Shown here in pieces: positions 24,444 to 37,757 of a stretch of DNA of 64,000 nt. The stretch is taken from contig CM061248.1 of assembly GCA_022605425.2 (NCBI GenBank), positions 62,001 to 126,000 on the forward strand, in the 5' to 3' direction. This DNA is from Hamiltosporidium tvaerminnensis FI-OER-3-3 (lineage: Eukaryota; Fungi; Microsporidia). Both the position numbers and the translations under genes were made by a program. Position 1 is the first letter of the stretch. The number at the start of each line of letters is the position of its first letter. The notes beneath the pieces were generated by a model. The model saw only the letters and a list, made by a program, of their open reading frames with translations. It was not told the origin of the DNA and made no database searches.

Positions 24444-25524
24444 TTTTTTTTTATTTAATAAAATTCTGGGTTAAAATATTTTTAACATTTTTATATGTTT
24501 TCTTCTACCTCTTTAACCACTATTGTCTCTTCTTCCAAATCCGACTCTTCATTTATGTTATTGGTCGGTTCCTCTAAAGTGGTTCCTCCTTGTGAGATAA
24601 GGGGTGTATTATTTTTTGGTTTTAAAATTTTAACACCATCTTCCTCTCTTTTCTCTTCTTTTAAAGGGGCTGTTGGTTCCTCATGCATCTCTGCTCTCAT
24701 AATAACACCCATTGACGCTCTCTCCCAGCTTTCTTCGGCATTTAGTCCTGACTCAAGTCCTCTTCGTCGATCAAAGGAAATTGTTCCGACTGTCTTCTTA
24801 AGTACTATAGACTGAATGTATGCCTCACATTCATGGGTATTTCTAGTCTTTTAAGATGAGATTTATGGTATTTTGTCACAATACCGTCCCAGTTCATCAC
24901 TTAAGGGATTATCTCAACACTACACTTATAAATAAGACCCAAATCATTGGCTAGCAGGTCATACTTCCTAAGTTTTTCAGTTTCGACTATTTGAAGTGAA
25001 TCTGTGGAAGTGATTCCTACTTTAATGAGTGTTATCTTATTCCTTTTCTTATCTAAAATAAATATGTCAGGTCTGTTATTCCGAATTTTCACATCAGTTT
25101 TTATTCTGGTGTCCACTCTTATCTCTACATACTCATTATCAAGAATTTCTTGAACTGAGTGACTTCTTATTCGTTTTGAAGACTTAAACTTATATCTATC
25201 TAGAAGAAGTAAGTGTAGGCATCTAACTACTTCATTATGTCGTCTGGGGTAGTCATGACCCAGCATTTTTCACATCTAGTTGCTAGATGATCTACAGTCT
25301 TACCAGACTTCCCGCAATGTTGACACACACCATCTGCTCCCCATAATACATTTCTATCCTGAATATAGCAGAACACAGCTTCATTTCGTGGCCCAATATT
25401 CCCTCTCTTTAACCATCTTGAAGAATCACTAACATCACAAGCTCATTTTTTCTTGCATTATACAATTTTGAATGGAGTTTTCGTTTTTCTATTTCGTTAT
25501 ATAGTTTTGCAAGTTGAGCTTCTT
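24444..25524 (-). mobile_element. 5'-truncated R4/Dong-type (RLE) non-LTR retrotransposon, inactivated, with poly-A tail and 14-bp TSD
   Basis: SSRWLKRGNI...CQHC...TVDHLATRC (CCHC), RRHNEV, RPDIFILD...KLRKY (PD-(D/E)xK). There is a frameshift near 25267 and a stop at 24901; ORF 24491..24712 is the C-terminal tail. The poly-A tail is the T9 run from 24444. TSD TTTAGTTTCAAAAC at 24430-24443 and 25525-25538. Confidence 0.92.
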
Positions 25525-27524
25525 TTTAGTTTCAAAACAAATAATATATTTTGTTAAGATTACTGTGAGGGAATAATATTTAGATATATGAATTTGCAAA
25601 TCGAAATTTTCTAAAAACATGAGTTCCGATTCTATTATCGAGTTATTCTTATCTAAAACTGATCCAAAAAGCTAATAAGTATATCCAGACGATGTCTGTA
25701 GTTTCAAATCTAACCAATATCAGTAGCTATATTTAATAAGAGTATAGAATACACATAAATTCATATATGAAATCAATAATTAACTTATTTAGAAAAAAAA
25801 AATGCAGGGTCTACAATCGGATAAATTTTCTGTCTAGATACATGAATTGTCATTTATATATGATCTGATTTTATCTTATATTGCAAATATGTTTTGAAAG
25901 CAATAGTATTATAATTTGTTGATTTTTTTGTTTCAAAATCATCATCCGAGTAATATTTGCTGCCGGATTAATATATGCTTATAATGTAATTGATATGTAT
26001 ATCTTTTATACATTTTCGACAAGCAAACAGACAAGTAATTATATAATAAGCCGAACTATACCGAAATAATAAAGATACTGCCATTTCTAAACGTAAAAGG
26101 CCTTTTTAGGTATAAATATGCCAGTAACTTTTTCGCGTAAGTTATAATCTCTTGACTCTAGATTTTAGAAGATAAAATAGCTTTTTTCTATCTTAATTTG
26201 AGGATTATTAAGAAAATGGAATTCTAATTTATGGGAATCAATTGCAAGTATTTGATTTTTAGTGATAGGTTATTTTTACCAAAGGAATATATTATAAAAG
26301 GCAATAAAGTGCTTAAATTGATGTCTCGCAGTATAAAAATACATTTTAAATGCACAAAATAGGCGTAAAAATATTTTGATTTGAAAACCAAAGCTCATGT
26401 ATAAGAATGGCTTTATGAAAACATTCGAAATAGCTATAGGCAGTACAATATAAATACTTATATATATAAAAATATGTTTACTAACAGAGAATTTCAGACG
26501 TTTCAAGGGTTTATTTTGAGCAGTTAAGAGATTTATCAATCAAATAAGGTAAATGAAAAAAATATGTTAAAAACTTAATTTAAAAAATAAAAACAGGATT
26601 TATTTATTCCAATATTTGATAATGAATTTTTAGCAAAATCAACTACTAACTATTACGCAAAATTAATAGATTTTTAAGCCAGAAAAAAATCTTTCGCTTG
26701 TTTATAATAGTCTCATATACAATCATTATGTTTTATTAGCAGTTAACTCAAATATAGTCAGGATGGAAATAACAGAATTGTATTAAATATTCAAAACAAA
26801 ATAAACACTCAAAGCATAATATCTGTTTATTCCTATAGTCGATAAAATTAGCATTTCTTGGTAAAAAAAATATTAGTAAATCACCCGATGATTCATTTTA
26901 CTCCAAAAATTCGTAATTTTCAATATTTTGAAGATAGTGTAATACAAAAATTATGTTTGGTTCGAATAAACTACACGTGCTAAAGACAAGTGAGTTAGAA
27001 GTATATTTTTAAGCAAATGAAAAATACTTGAAATTTCCATAAAGATCAAAACTGCTTGTAAAACGTAAAAATCCAAGAATTGATACGAAGAAAAGCATAA
27101 AAACCAAAAGTTATACGACAACGAAACTATTTAATAGTAAGTCTTCATAATCGTGAATCTAGACACCAAAAGATACATAATTTATCGTTTTTTTTTGAAT
27201 TTATAAATGACTTAATTAGTTTAACTTGAAAATATTTTATTGTAAGTATAAATAAAGTCGTATTATTAGTGAACTCCTATTCTGTCTTTCCTATTGTATT
27301 TTACCCGGCCAAAATCAAACTGACCATCACATCTGCTAAATCGGATAAGATCGCTTAAAGCATTTTTAGTTATAGTTTTTTTGGCGGAACAACATTGATA
27401 GCTGAAAAAAAATTATCACGGGGCAAATTAAAGAATTTCAACTGAACAAGACCTCTTTAAACCGAAAAAAAAATAGATATAGTTACCAACACTAATTAAA
27501 AAAAAATGCAAATGAAATCATAAG

Positions 27525-28255
27525 TTTATTTTACAGTTGAAATCGTTTTAAAACAGTGGCAAATTTTATATTCGTTTTCATGGCATTAACACAGTTCTAG
27601 GTTCAACATAAATGACTTTTATCCTAACACCCATCGGGACCTAATGTGATACCATCGCCCCAAAGCCTTTCATCTACGAGGTGTGAAGAGCCTAATTAAT
27701 AGGCAAGGTAGTTGCCCGAAGTTCGTTAAAGTCTGTTGCATAGAGTGTGATCTAAGGCTGAAGCCCCCCCTCTGATCTCATCAAAGACTATGCAGCATTT
27801 CCATTAACTCTAGACAATGTGAACTGAAGTAACTTCTATCTAAGATATATTTCAGAGACTTACATGGGGTCCAATTAGACAGCGAAATGTCATACCAACA
27901 GGTATAACCTGCTACTTAACTCTTTCGGCTTTTAATGGGTTTTATTTTTATATCTCCCGGGCGCTAAGTCTTCTAACTGGAATGAGTAAAGCAAGATTTC
28001 CAACTTTTACATGGAAATTACCTACATGTTCAGCTGCGATCTGCAATCTAGTTTCATAAAAAACTACAAATAAATTTGTAGAAAAAGTTTCGCCATTTTG
28101 TAGAACTATCCTCCCCATAAAAATTTTCATAGAACAACGGAAAATTTAGTTTGGTTTTATTCGCACAGAAAATTCAAAAAATGATTTCATATATCAATCT
28201 CGCATACTCATTGGTCAGCAGAAAGTTTTTTGTGTAGTTATCCTCTCTTCGCCAC
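27525..28255 (-). mobile_element. SINE-like element, copy 2
   Basis: Full-length reverse-complement match to copies 1, 4 and 7; 5' end GTGGCGAAGAGAGGATAAC, 3' end ...GTTTTAAAACGATT...AAATAAA. Confidence 0.9.
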
Positions 28256-28693
28256 TAAAAATCTAAATATATAAAAATGTAAAAAAAATATAGAAAATAA
28301 GACAAAAGTCAGATATAATACTTTAAATTGAAGGGTTTAGTAAATATATTTTTTTGGGGTTTTTTTAACAAATTCATAACCTTATTATACGATTTAACAA
28401 ATAAATACATTCAAGAACGAAAGAGGAACAGAATAAAATAGAAGGGAAGCAGAATAAAATAACAAAGAAAATTACGTGCATTTTTAGTAATTTTTTTTTC
28501 CAAAACCGAGCATATATAATAGAAAAATCTAATTGAAACAGTGGAATTTTTAAAATTTTAATTTTAAAAACGAAAACATTGGTGTAAGTCCGAGACAATG
28601 GAATTTTATCATAGATTTTTTTATTTTTAGACAGGATGGACACGATAAAATACGCAAAATTATATCCCTAAAAAAACTGCAAAAAAAAACGAA

Positions 28694-30712
28694 TTACCAA
28701 CCATTAAATCCAAGAATATATTCCATTCGTGTGCTACAACAGGTGTCATATGTTTTAATATATTTTTCTGAATATACTTGACTATTTAATCCAACTTTTA
28801 TATAATAATTATAGAAAACACATAGTGCTTCGGCGAATTTCATCATTTTAGTTAATTCTATATATTTTGGATCGGTATCTTTTAAATCATAAACTCGAAA
28901 TAAGCCTCGAAGGTTTGAATTAATACGTCTTAAAAATGTAATATTTTTGCAATCGGAAAAGTCCGATTGCTGGGCTTCGTTTTCAAAAAAATCGAGATAT
29001 GCCAATATTATTCCTTTGCAAATATGCTTAAAGTCCGTAATATCTTCGCTTTTCAAATCAACTAGACCCTCGAAAATACATTCAAAAAAGAAGGAAACAC
29101 TGGGAAGGAACTCTTCATCATCTAAATCAAGAAAATTCTGTTTTTCTATTTGTAAAACGAATAATTTTATAACATCTGGACTCAATCTGAATATAGAATC
29201 AGTTATAACCCTATCTAAGTCTAAATTTATGCCGAGTGAAATATGAAAATCCATATTGTTAAATTTCAGACATTTTCCTATAAAATTAAGCATTTGAGTA
29301 GATTCAGAAAAAATTTTTGTTTTTAGAAATATATATTTTGCAATTACATCAAATGTCTCATATGATTTCTTGATATCTTCGAGAATTTTCTCATCTCCCT
29401 CGTAAATATTGAAAGTTTTATATTCTTCAGATAAGGTTGATTCACTTTCACCAAATCGATTCTTTTTGTATATCTCATTGACTGGAATATAGCTTAATGA
29501 TTGTACAAATTTAAGAAGTATAATCCACAAACATGAATTCTTGACTAATTGGTTGTCATTCAAAATAATATTCTTTATAAAATGTTTTATATGTATTAAA
29601 CCCGGGAAAAATGCAAATAAATTTGATTGATGATTACAAAAGTTTATTTTCTCGATACAATTTATAATTTCATCTTTTAATTCATGCATCTTGTCTGTCT
29701 CCTCCTCTAATTTTTCCCAGTATTTTTGTTCGTTTTTTGCAACATTATTTATATAACTAAAATAATATGTTAGATTCTCTTGCATTAAATCAATACTAAT
29801 ATAGAAATCACTTGTTATAAAGGTTCGAATATCTGTAAAACCAATCATATTATCTTCAGAATCATTAAACAGAGTATATGTTTTCCCCTTCGTATCAATA
29901 ATAAATTCTAAATATTTCTCTTTTAGAGATGAATCCTTTAACTTATGACCATATTTCTCTGGTTCGCTCAATAATAATATTGTTTCCTTTAAAGTCTCAA
30001 TGCTAGACAACGATTTAGACTTTTTCGTAATTTTACTCTCAATAGATTTTTCATTTCTTGCAGCATTGGTATGAGAACAAGAATTTGTCGATTGAAGTTG
30101 TTTTTCAGATCGTAACAAAGCCACGGGCGCACCCTTCTCCTCATAAGAATAATATTCTAAAGATGGATTGTCTTCATAATCCTTTTCTGTTAATCGATAT
30201 TTATTGATGCACGATACATCTTGCTTTGGTATTTCTTTGCATTTGGAGTTTCTTAAAGGCAGGGAACAATTATCCTTTCGCGATGATTCTGAAAATTTTT
30301 TTTTCGAAGGGTGTATTTCATCAGTACAATAAGGATGAATTCGTTTTATTTGTTTATTTGTTGTTTGAATTTCATTGCATATGCTGGCATTTTTGCAGGT
30401 AGCGTTTATTGCATTATCATTTTCATCATCAGATGAAGACAGAATTATTACCCCGTTTTCAGATTCAGTCAATACCTCTACACAATCATCATCCACTACT
30501 TGATTTTCTAAATCCATACTTACACGTAAACTGCACGGTTGCTCGACAAGAATATCCTGTGTATATCTCTCGGAAGTACTTGCAGTTATGGTATTAGAGC
30601 TGTGGCATCTAGAATGTTCGTTATTTTCTACAGATGTACAATTAAAGTGACTTAAAAGCCATAATAAAGGTATTAAGTTAAAAAAGAATAATACTTCGAG
30701 AAGATTCCTCAT
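28694..30712 (-). CDS. Lineage-specific secreted protein (672 aa)
   Basis: Long uninterrupted ORF with a hydrophobic N-terminal signal-like segment, a disordered region and a helical C-terminal region; no known domain recognised. Confidence 0.8.
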   Translation of the reverse strand: MRNLLEVLFFFNLIPLLWLLSHFNCTSVENNEHSRCHSSNTITASTSERYTQDILVEQPCSLRVSMDLENQVVDDDCVEVLTESENGVIILSSSDDENDNAINATCKNASICNEIQTTNKQIKRIHPYCTDEIHPSKKKFSESSRKDNCSLPLRNSKCKEIPKQDVSCINKYRLTEKDYEDNPSLEYYSYEEKGAPVALLRSEKQLQSTNSCSHTNAARNEKSIESKITKKSKSLSSIETLKETILLLSEPEKYGHKLKDSSLKEKYLEFIIDTKGKTYTLFNDSEDNMIGFTDIRTFITSDFYISIDLMQENLTYYFSYINNVAKNEQKYWEKLEEETDKMHELKDEIINCIEKINFCNHQSNLFAFFPGLIHIKHFIKNIILNDNQLVKNSCLWIILLKFVQSLSYIPVNEIYKKNRFGESESTLSEEYKTFNIYEGDEKILEDIKKSYETFDVIAKYIFLKTKIFSESTQMLNFIGKCLKFNNMDFHISLGINLDLDRVITDSIFRLSPDVIKLFVLQIEKQNFLDLDDEEFLPSVSFFFECIFEGLVDLKSEDITDFKHICKGIILAYLDFFENEAQQSDFSDCKNITFLRRINSNLRGLFRVYDLKDTDPKYIELTKMMKFAEALCVFYNYYIKVGLNSQVYSEKYIKTYDTCCSTRMEYILGFNGW

Positions 30713-31672
30713 GTAAATGGATAAAAAATTTATATTTATAAATTAAATTGCATTAAAGTGATTTCGTAAATATTTAATCAAGATAATGATAAAAATATAT
30801 AAAATTATAAGATATATCGCTTTAATCATTCGAAACATAACACGAAAACATATTTATCTGATTAAAAAAAATATTTCTACATTAAAAAATTCTTACCAAA
30901 AGTTTTTATATCTTGAAGAATACCAGAAGGTTGCGAACGTAAAAAGCTTAAATTTCTAGTGCCGAAGGCCGAATACTTCCTGTCCACCTCAGAACTAGAT
31001 GAATAAATGATGTTATAAAATATTCCAGCAACCTCGGTATAGACGTCTGAAAAAGATTGGCTCTTGCTTATGACATTTAGAAGTTTATAGTAAATGAGAC
31101 GTGGAATTCTATGAACTATAATCTTATTGGTTAAAATTAGTTAATAGTTTCTACTTATAATTTATTATAGAGAGGAAACTTGTTGGTTCATATTTATCAT
31201 TTAATGAAATTCTAAGGTGTATTTTTGCAATTAAAAAAACAAGCAAAAACCAAGGTAGCAACTTAACGAGTGATAGACAATTGATCATTTAAATTCGGCT
31301 TATAATTTCGAAAATTCAAATGTTTTATACCAAGATAACGGAATTAATGAGCAAAGCTAAAGTATATTTTGCTTCCTCATTTTCCTTTTCATTTAAATTG
31401 AGATTATTATATTACATTGACAAAATAACGAATAAAAAAACTACTATTAAAATCCTTATCTAATATAGGAGTATTTATCTCATAGTAGTTTTAGACTATC
31501 ACTTGGAAAGCGAACATCTAGTTTAAATTAGTTTTTTTATAGGTTAAATCAGCAATTGATCTAAAATAGCTAACATATTTGAGCCAATTATCCATTAATA
31601 TACGGACTAAGTTCAAAAACAAGCTTAATCAAAACATTCATACCTGAGTTTTTCATTCTTTTAAACAGTTTA

Positions 31673-32380
31673 TGGTGAAGGGAAACTGATCAAAATAAAA
31701 AATAGGGCCAAGTGATAACTAGGCAAATTAATGCAGTGATCATTCTTCGAATTTTTAGTAAAACTATAACCAAACTACACTTTTATTTGGTTTTGTTATT
31801 TTGAACAAGGAAAAGAAATCTGTGAAATACCGAAACATTTTCTAAAAATCTATTCGTAGTTTTTAGACAACGTGATACGAAACACGACTCTACGTGTAGG
31901 TAATTCAGTGCAAAGGCACGGGAACTCAGCATAGCTTAATCGTGAAAGAATACATAGGAGCTAGAAGATAAAAAAAGCCATTGGAGCAAGAAAAACAGAT
32001 TAGCAGGCTATACCAATGAAAATTACACTGTTCTGTCTGAGCAAAATTTATGGAGTCTTCGGAGCTATCTTAGCTGGAGTTTTATTTGGTTGAGATTGTG
32101 TAAAGAAAATTCAAATGCTGCATAGTATTGAAGAAACCTAGGGTTGATTTCGATCTGCAATCATACCTCAAGCAACAAGGATTTAGCCAAAATAGGTAAT
32201 TTTCTACTAATAGATTGGATTATATACGCTTTTTAGGTGAAAGGCTTAAAATTTAGAAACTTCGAGCGATTAAATTAACTATTGGCAAAAAGCTATCTAT
32301 ATTAAGAAAAAATCGAGCCATTGCTAAAGAACAATAAAAATATTCCATTTTGATAAAAATATGGAAGTCTTATCGAATAA
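31673..32380 (+). mobile_element. SINE-like element, copy 3 (old, degenerate)
   Basis: Landmarks in order: ACCAAACTAC, CGAAACATTTTCTA, TGTAGGTAATT, TATCTTAGCT, AATGCTGCATAGT, TGAAAGGCTT. Confidence 0.75.
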
Positions 32381-33288
32381 ATTAGCTATAAATATCTTAA
32401 AATTATGTTGAGATAGAGTAAAATATCTTTACAAAAGATTTCCTATTTATAAAAAATATTTAGAACTAATTTCAATTAAAATAAAATTCTCTAGCAATTT
32501 ATTTGTTGTAGATTGAAATTTCTCTTGTATTATTAACTAATATTTTGAGGTTTAATTAGCATTTTCCTTAAAATTTGTTTTTGAATTTCATAAATATATT
32601 TCATTATAAAGAAATTGTAGAATTAGTTTTAATTTTATCAAATATTCTATTTTAAAATAAAAATTCACTGATTATATTTTACAGTGGTTACTCAATGATA
32701 TAAATTTTTGTACGATTTAATCTTTTAAAAGACGGTTTAATTAAATTAATACTCGTTTATTTTATATTTCTTTTAAATGATTGATAGCTTGTGTTATATA
32801 ACAACACAATTCGTGATTTAAATATAAATATATTTTAAATTGTTATTTCTTTACGTATAGTATCCGAAGAGCAGATATAATTTTCGTTTCATATTCTCCG
32901 AATTTTTATACAAATTAAATTTAGTTAATAAAAAGATCGGCTCAATCGATATTCTATTCTGATTCTAAATGAATTCATATAACATAATTAAAATACTTCT
33001 GGTAAATTTTAAATGAAGTAGGAAGTGAAAATTTACTACCAAAATGTAAAAAAAACTTGAACATTGTCTATAGATTGAAAACTGAATAGCTAAGTTATAT
33101 AATTATAAAAAATTTAAGAATTTCATTATCGATTTCGAATTACTTTTCTCAATACTACAAATATAAAAGTAATACATTAATTGATACATTAAATTATATA
33201 ATGAAGAAACTGAAATCAAAGTTCTGGATTTAATATAAACCTTTATTAATTTCAACAAATATAAATATTTTTAGATTTCAATAAAAAT

Positions 33289-34036
33289 ATGAATAATGGA
33301 GATTTATTAGATAATAGACATTGTCCATATTATACGCACATCATTGTCAATCTTATAGAGTATATTTTCATTGTATCTGTTTTTTATCTATTTTCCAGGA
33401 TATTTATATGTGCTGATCTAAGTTATTTATACATGAAATATATCTTATATTGTTTTGTTACCGATCACAATATTTTATATCAAAATGTTGACTAAAAATA
33501 ATATCAAGCTACTTATAAAAAGAAATATTATTAAAATACTAATTTTATTCATAAGTATGAATATAGATTACGATCACTTATATAAAATAAACAATTCAAA
33601 AATAGCTTTCTATCCAGATCCAACTATTATCACGTTTCCTTTCAATCTCTATGCCACAATCCTATCAATAATTATAGCCTCTTTATCATATATATATTGT
33701 CATGCGATTGAATATATATTGCATACATTAGATTATTCAACAGAAATTTATGCTATAACCTATGTAATCGGCACATTATTATTACATATCGAAAATTTTT
33801 TGCAATATTATACAAGTTTTAATTTCTTTCATATTATGATACCACCTGTGATTCTTTATCTAGTAATATTTCAAATTTTAATAATTATTTTACATTTTTA
33901 TAACAAAAAATCAATCAAACAACTTCTATTATTTATGGTTTTGAATATATTAATTCTGTGGAATCTCTATGGAAAATGGCTTTTTCATTTTATTGGTTTA
34001 CATAATATGATCTATAAATATTTCCCCGAATTTTAA
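33289..34036 (+). CDS. Multi-pass membrane protein, probably one frameshifted gene
   Basis: Two overlapping same-strand ORFs (33289..33495 and 33455..34036) with the same Ile/Tyr-rich hydrophobic composition. Confidence 0.45.
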
Positions 34037-34189
34037 TATTTAAATTTCAATAAAGTTTTTTTATGTCTATACTATATGTTTGTACAAAATGTTTTATAAA
34101 TAATTTTTCATTCTAAATCTATTAAATAAAGGATAATAGTTCCAAATATCAAAAGTATATAGAATATTAATTAGTATATTCAGAACCTC

Positions 34190-35090
34190 ATTTAAGGCGG
34201 GTATTCGGTCTCTAGTCTTACCGTTATAGGTTAACTCGAACTACTATCCTTTATATCTATAAAGATTTCCTTGTTTCGATTCTCTTGTCGATTAATGATC
34301 TTAAGCTTCATAAGTGGGAAGTTTAGATTGAGATCTATAGCAAAGGGAAAATGAAATTTTTAATGTTGTTGAATTAGTAATAAGCGGAGAAGGGCAGCCC
34401 AAACACGCTGAGTTATGAAGATACAGCTACTCTTTCAGAGAGCACTGGTGCTTGCCAATATTTAAGAATACCAATGGATTGCATAGGGAATCCAATACCT
34501 ATGTCATTGGAAAAAGTACAAAGAAAATTTTATAACAGGTATTGAAAGGCATATTACACTAGATAGAATGCCAGGAAAATATTTTTGGGAATTTATCAAT
34601 AACTATATTGTTAATAAGTCATAAAAAAGAGTATTTCAAGTTCAATTATTGTACTTAAAAGATTCAAATAATGCAACACATGCGCTGTAGTAAGAAAAAG
34701 ATACACACACTCATGTTTTAATTAATTCCTACAAAGCCATACAACAAAACTTGAGAGTCTTCATGCATTTTGTTTTGCAAAGCAAACATATGTTTTTGCA
34801 ACTTTTGGATTTTCTGAAAAAAGTAAATATATATCAACACAGAATACTAGCAATTTCGAAGGTAAAGGTACCAATAAAGTCAGCTTGTATCTGTTATGTT
34901 CATTATGAATAATGACCAAAGTAAATCGAAAATTTGATAAATATGTAAAACAATAAGATTAGCTTTACAATGCCAGCCGTATAATACTGATTCGACTCTT
35001 CACTTCACATTGAGAAATAGACAGCAATTTAACAATAAGCATGCAGTGAAATTTTAGCTGGCTAATCAGTACCTTTTATAGTTTATGTCA
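34190..35090 (+). mobile_element. Decayed R4/Dong reverse-transcriptase fragment
   Basis: Remnants INDLKL (FIDDLKL), YEDTATL...QYLRI (YKYLGI) and SKHMFLQLLDFLKK in the expected order, with many stops. Confidence 0.7.
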
Positions 35091-35149
35091 TAACAATTTA
35101 AAGATTGTTTTCACTCTTTTCTTATTAAGTGTTATTAGTTTTTTTGTAA

Positions 35150-36470
35150 AAAATGAAATACAAGAACCGATGTTAACCAATATAAATAATATTAAGCATT
35201 TTTTCGAAGAATAAATGTAGGAATTGTGCCTATCGAAAAGTCAAAATAAAGGAATTCTCACTGAAAAATAATACCTGGGGCTGGAACAAAAAGTTATAAC
35301 ATCTTAAAACAAAGTAGTAGGGAAAAACCCGAAGATTATCAGCATTTATGTAAATATAATCTGATAACTATTGAAGAGAAGCAAAACCTGATGGTTCATG
35401 GGTAAAAAGGTAAAGATAATATTGGGTTTTATGTATATCAGGAAATAATAATGCTAAGTTTTGTTGATGCGTATGTTTTAATTGGACAGGGCGATCGAAA
35501 CAATATGAAAATCTGATAAATTAATTGTATAAAAATATCCCAATAGAAATGACAGTAATTTATCTTAACTTATGTATGCTATGTAAAAAAAAACGCGAGT
35601 ATCAAAAAAAAGTCTTAATTGAGTTCAATCTAAGTAAAAGCATGAATTAAAGTTTTCAAGTCAATTTATTCGACATGCAATCACAAGTAGATGACTAATA
35701 TCAATTTATTTGGCTTGTCCTCTTAAAAGTGCGGTAGCGGTGGCGTATTTACTTTTGGATTTTTTACAATTTTCTGTGCGACTTCTATTTTTCAAGGTCA
35801 TAAAGGCAGAGAATTCAAAATAATTCCATTGAAGAACTATGTAGAATTTGCCCCTGGTTAAAGATGGTACATGAAAAGCCCAGACACTTTAAAAGTCTGT
35901 GTTTCTAAGTGCGTGAAAATGCATAAGTTAAAAATTTGGTTTATAGGTGGTTGAAAGACAACAATATAAAAAACTCAAAAAATTTATGTTTTATTTGGAT
36001 TTTGCAAAAAAAAGCTCATCATATGAACTAAACTGTACTCCCTATGAGTCCATGTTTGTAACAAAGTTAAAATTTGATTTAAAAAGTTTTTTACTCCTAG
36101 AAGTTCTGGCTAAAATCAATTCGGAGAAAGACTTAGGTTAATATCAATAGGTAAAAAAATTTACAATCTGTCAAAGAAGGTGCACTGCAAGATAAAACAT
36201 TTAACATGATTAAAATTCGAAATAACAGCGTCTAAGTATTGCTTATTGATAGTTTTGCAAATATTCAAATTTGTTATCAAATTCATGTTTGATTCTTATA
36301 ACAAAGAGAGCGAAAGAAATTTTATGGAGTTATTTCATCCTTAGTCGCTGGCCATGAAAAAGTGCAATGATGATTTATCAGATGATTTGTATTTGAAAAA
36401 AGAAGAAAATCAGATATATTAAAAATTAAGATATTGCAGCAAGAATCTTAACAAAAAGCTGAAAAAATGC
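35150..36470 (+). mobile_element. Decayed KRBA2/Ginger-like DDE integrase
   Basis: Remnants IG.G.RN.M, QVNLFDMQSQ.D, PLKS...VAYLLLD, GREF.N, VH.KPRH and TPYESMF. Confidence 0.7.
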
Positions 36471-37757
36471 TTTAAATCTCTAAATAAAAATACTCTAGAC
36501 CAAGGATTGTGACACGATAGGAATTCGAGTTCGACTTGTTGAATAGTTGCGAGATGCAAGAAACATTATGAGTTTTTTTCATGATATAACAGGTAGCTAT
36601 CTCTATTGATTGGACGTTAAACATGAAATTTTTAATCATTTTCACTCGAGGAGCCAATTCACAATGAGCAATATAAATTTTATTGAATTCATAAAATTTT
36701 AAAGGTCAAGATTTCTCCAAGAGAATTTTCAAGAGTATAATCCAAGACCATGGGCCCATGTTATAGTCGATATGGCGCAAATTTAAATATAAATCAAGAA
36801 ATGCAAATTTTGTAAAGAAACAAGCTATGCAACTCTAAATTTCACCAATGTAGAAGCTGACTTAATAAATAAAAACTGTTGGATTGGACATTTTTTATAA
36901 ATAAACATGTTTTTTTTCCTTATACGCACATATTTTCCGAATTTGTCGTCGTTAATAGTACTTCCTCTCTTTTCAAAGTAAATAATTAGGTTCGAAAATC
37001 CCCCTATCCACTTTGTTCATTATTCATAATAACCAGAATAATCAAATCGACCGTGAAAGATAGTTAAAATATATACCTTAGGTTGTTTATATTTTCTATG
37101 TTTGAATTTAATATTTGTAAAATGGCATTTCATACCGAAATTTTATACTTATATTTATTTTTTTATTTTTCAATAAATTTTATTTATCCATATAGATTCT
37201 TTATGGAGTTTCAAAACTTCCGTAAATTTATAGGTAATTTGGATAAAAAGATCATAGTTTTTAAATACAATTCAAAGTTTAGAAGATTAAATTACCAGGT
37301 TTTGTTTTTCATAAGATCGGAATATGGGTTTTTTTACCTATACACAGTATTTATGTTTAATTACCAAGCTTATATTAATTTTTTTTCTTATTTTCCATTA
37401 AATCCAAGCAATGAGGATGATTTTATACTTGCTATACTGTTTTTTGAAAACAGTTAAGCATGAATAATTTTATTAAATACAATTTTTTTTTTGATTCACA
37501 TATATTTTTAATTTGATAATGTAATATTAACGTTATATCATTTGTATTTCTAATTACAAATATCAAATTTTCTTTTTACACATTCATTATAAATTGTATA
37601 CAAAAAGCGCAACCTAATAAATAATAGATTTATAAAGAACGTAAAGATTAAGATTAAATATATCTTCTTGTAACGAGTTTGATAAAAGTACGAAATATAT
37701 CATAATAGGAAAGAAACATTTCAAATTAAAACTGTATTATAAACAAATAATAAAACT

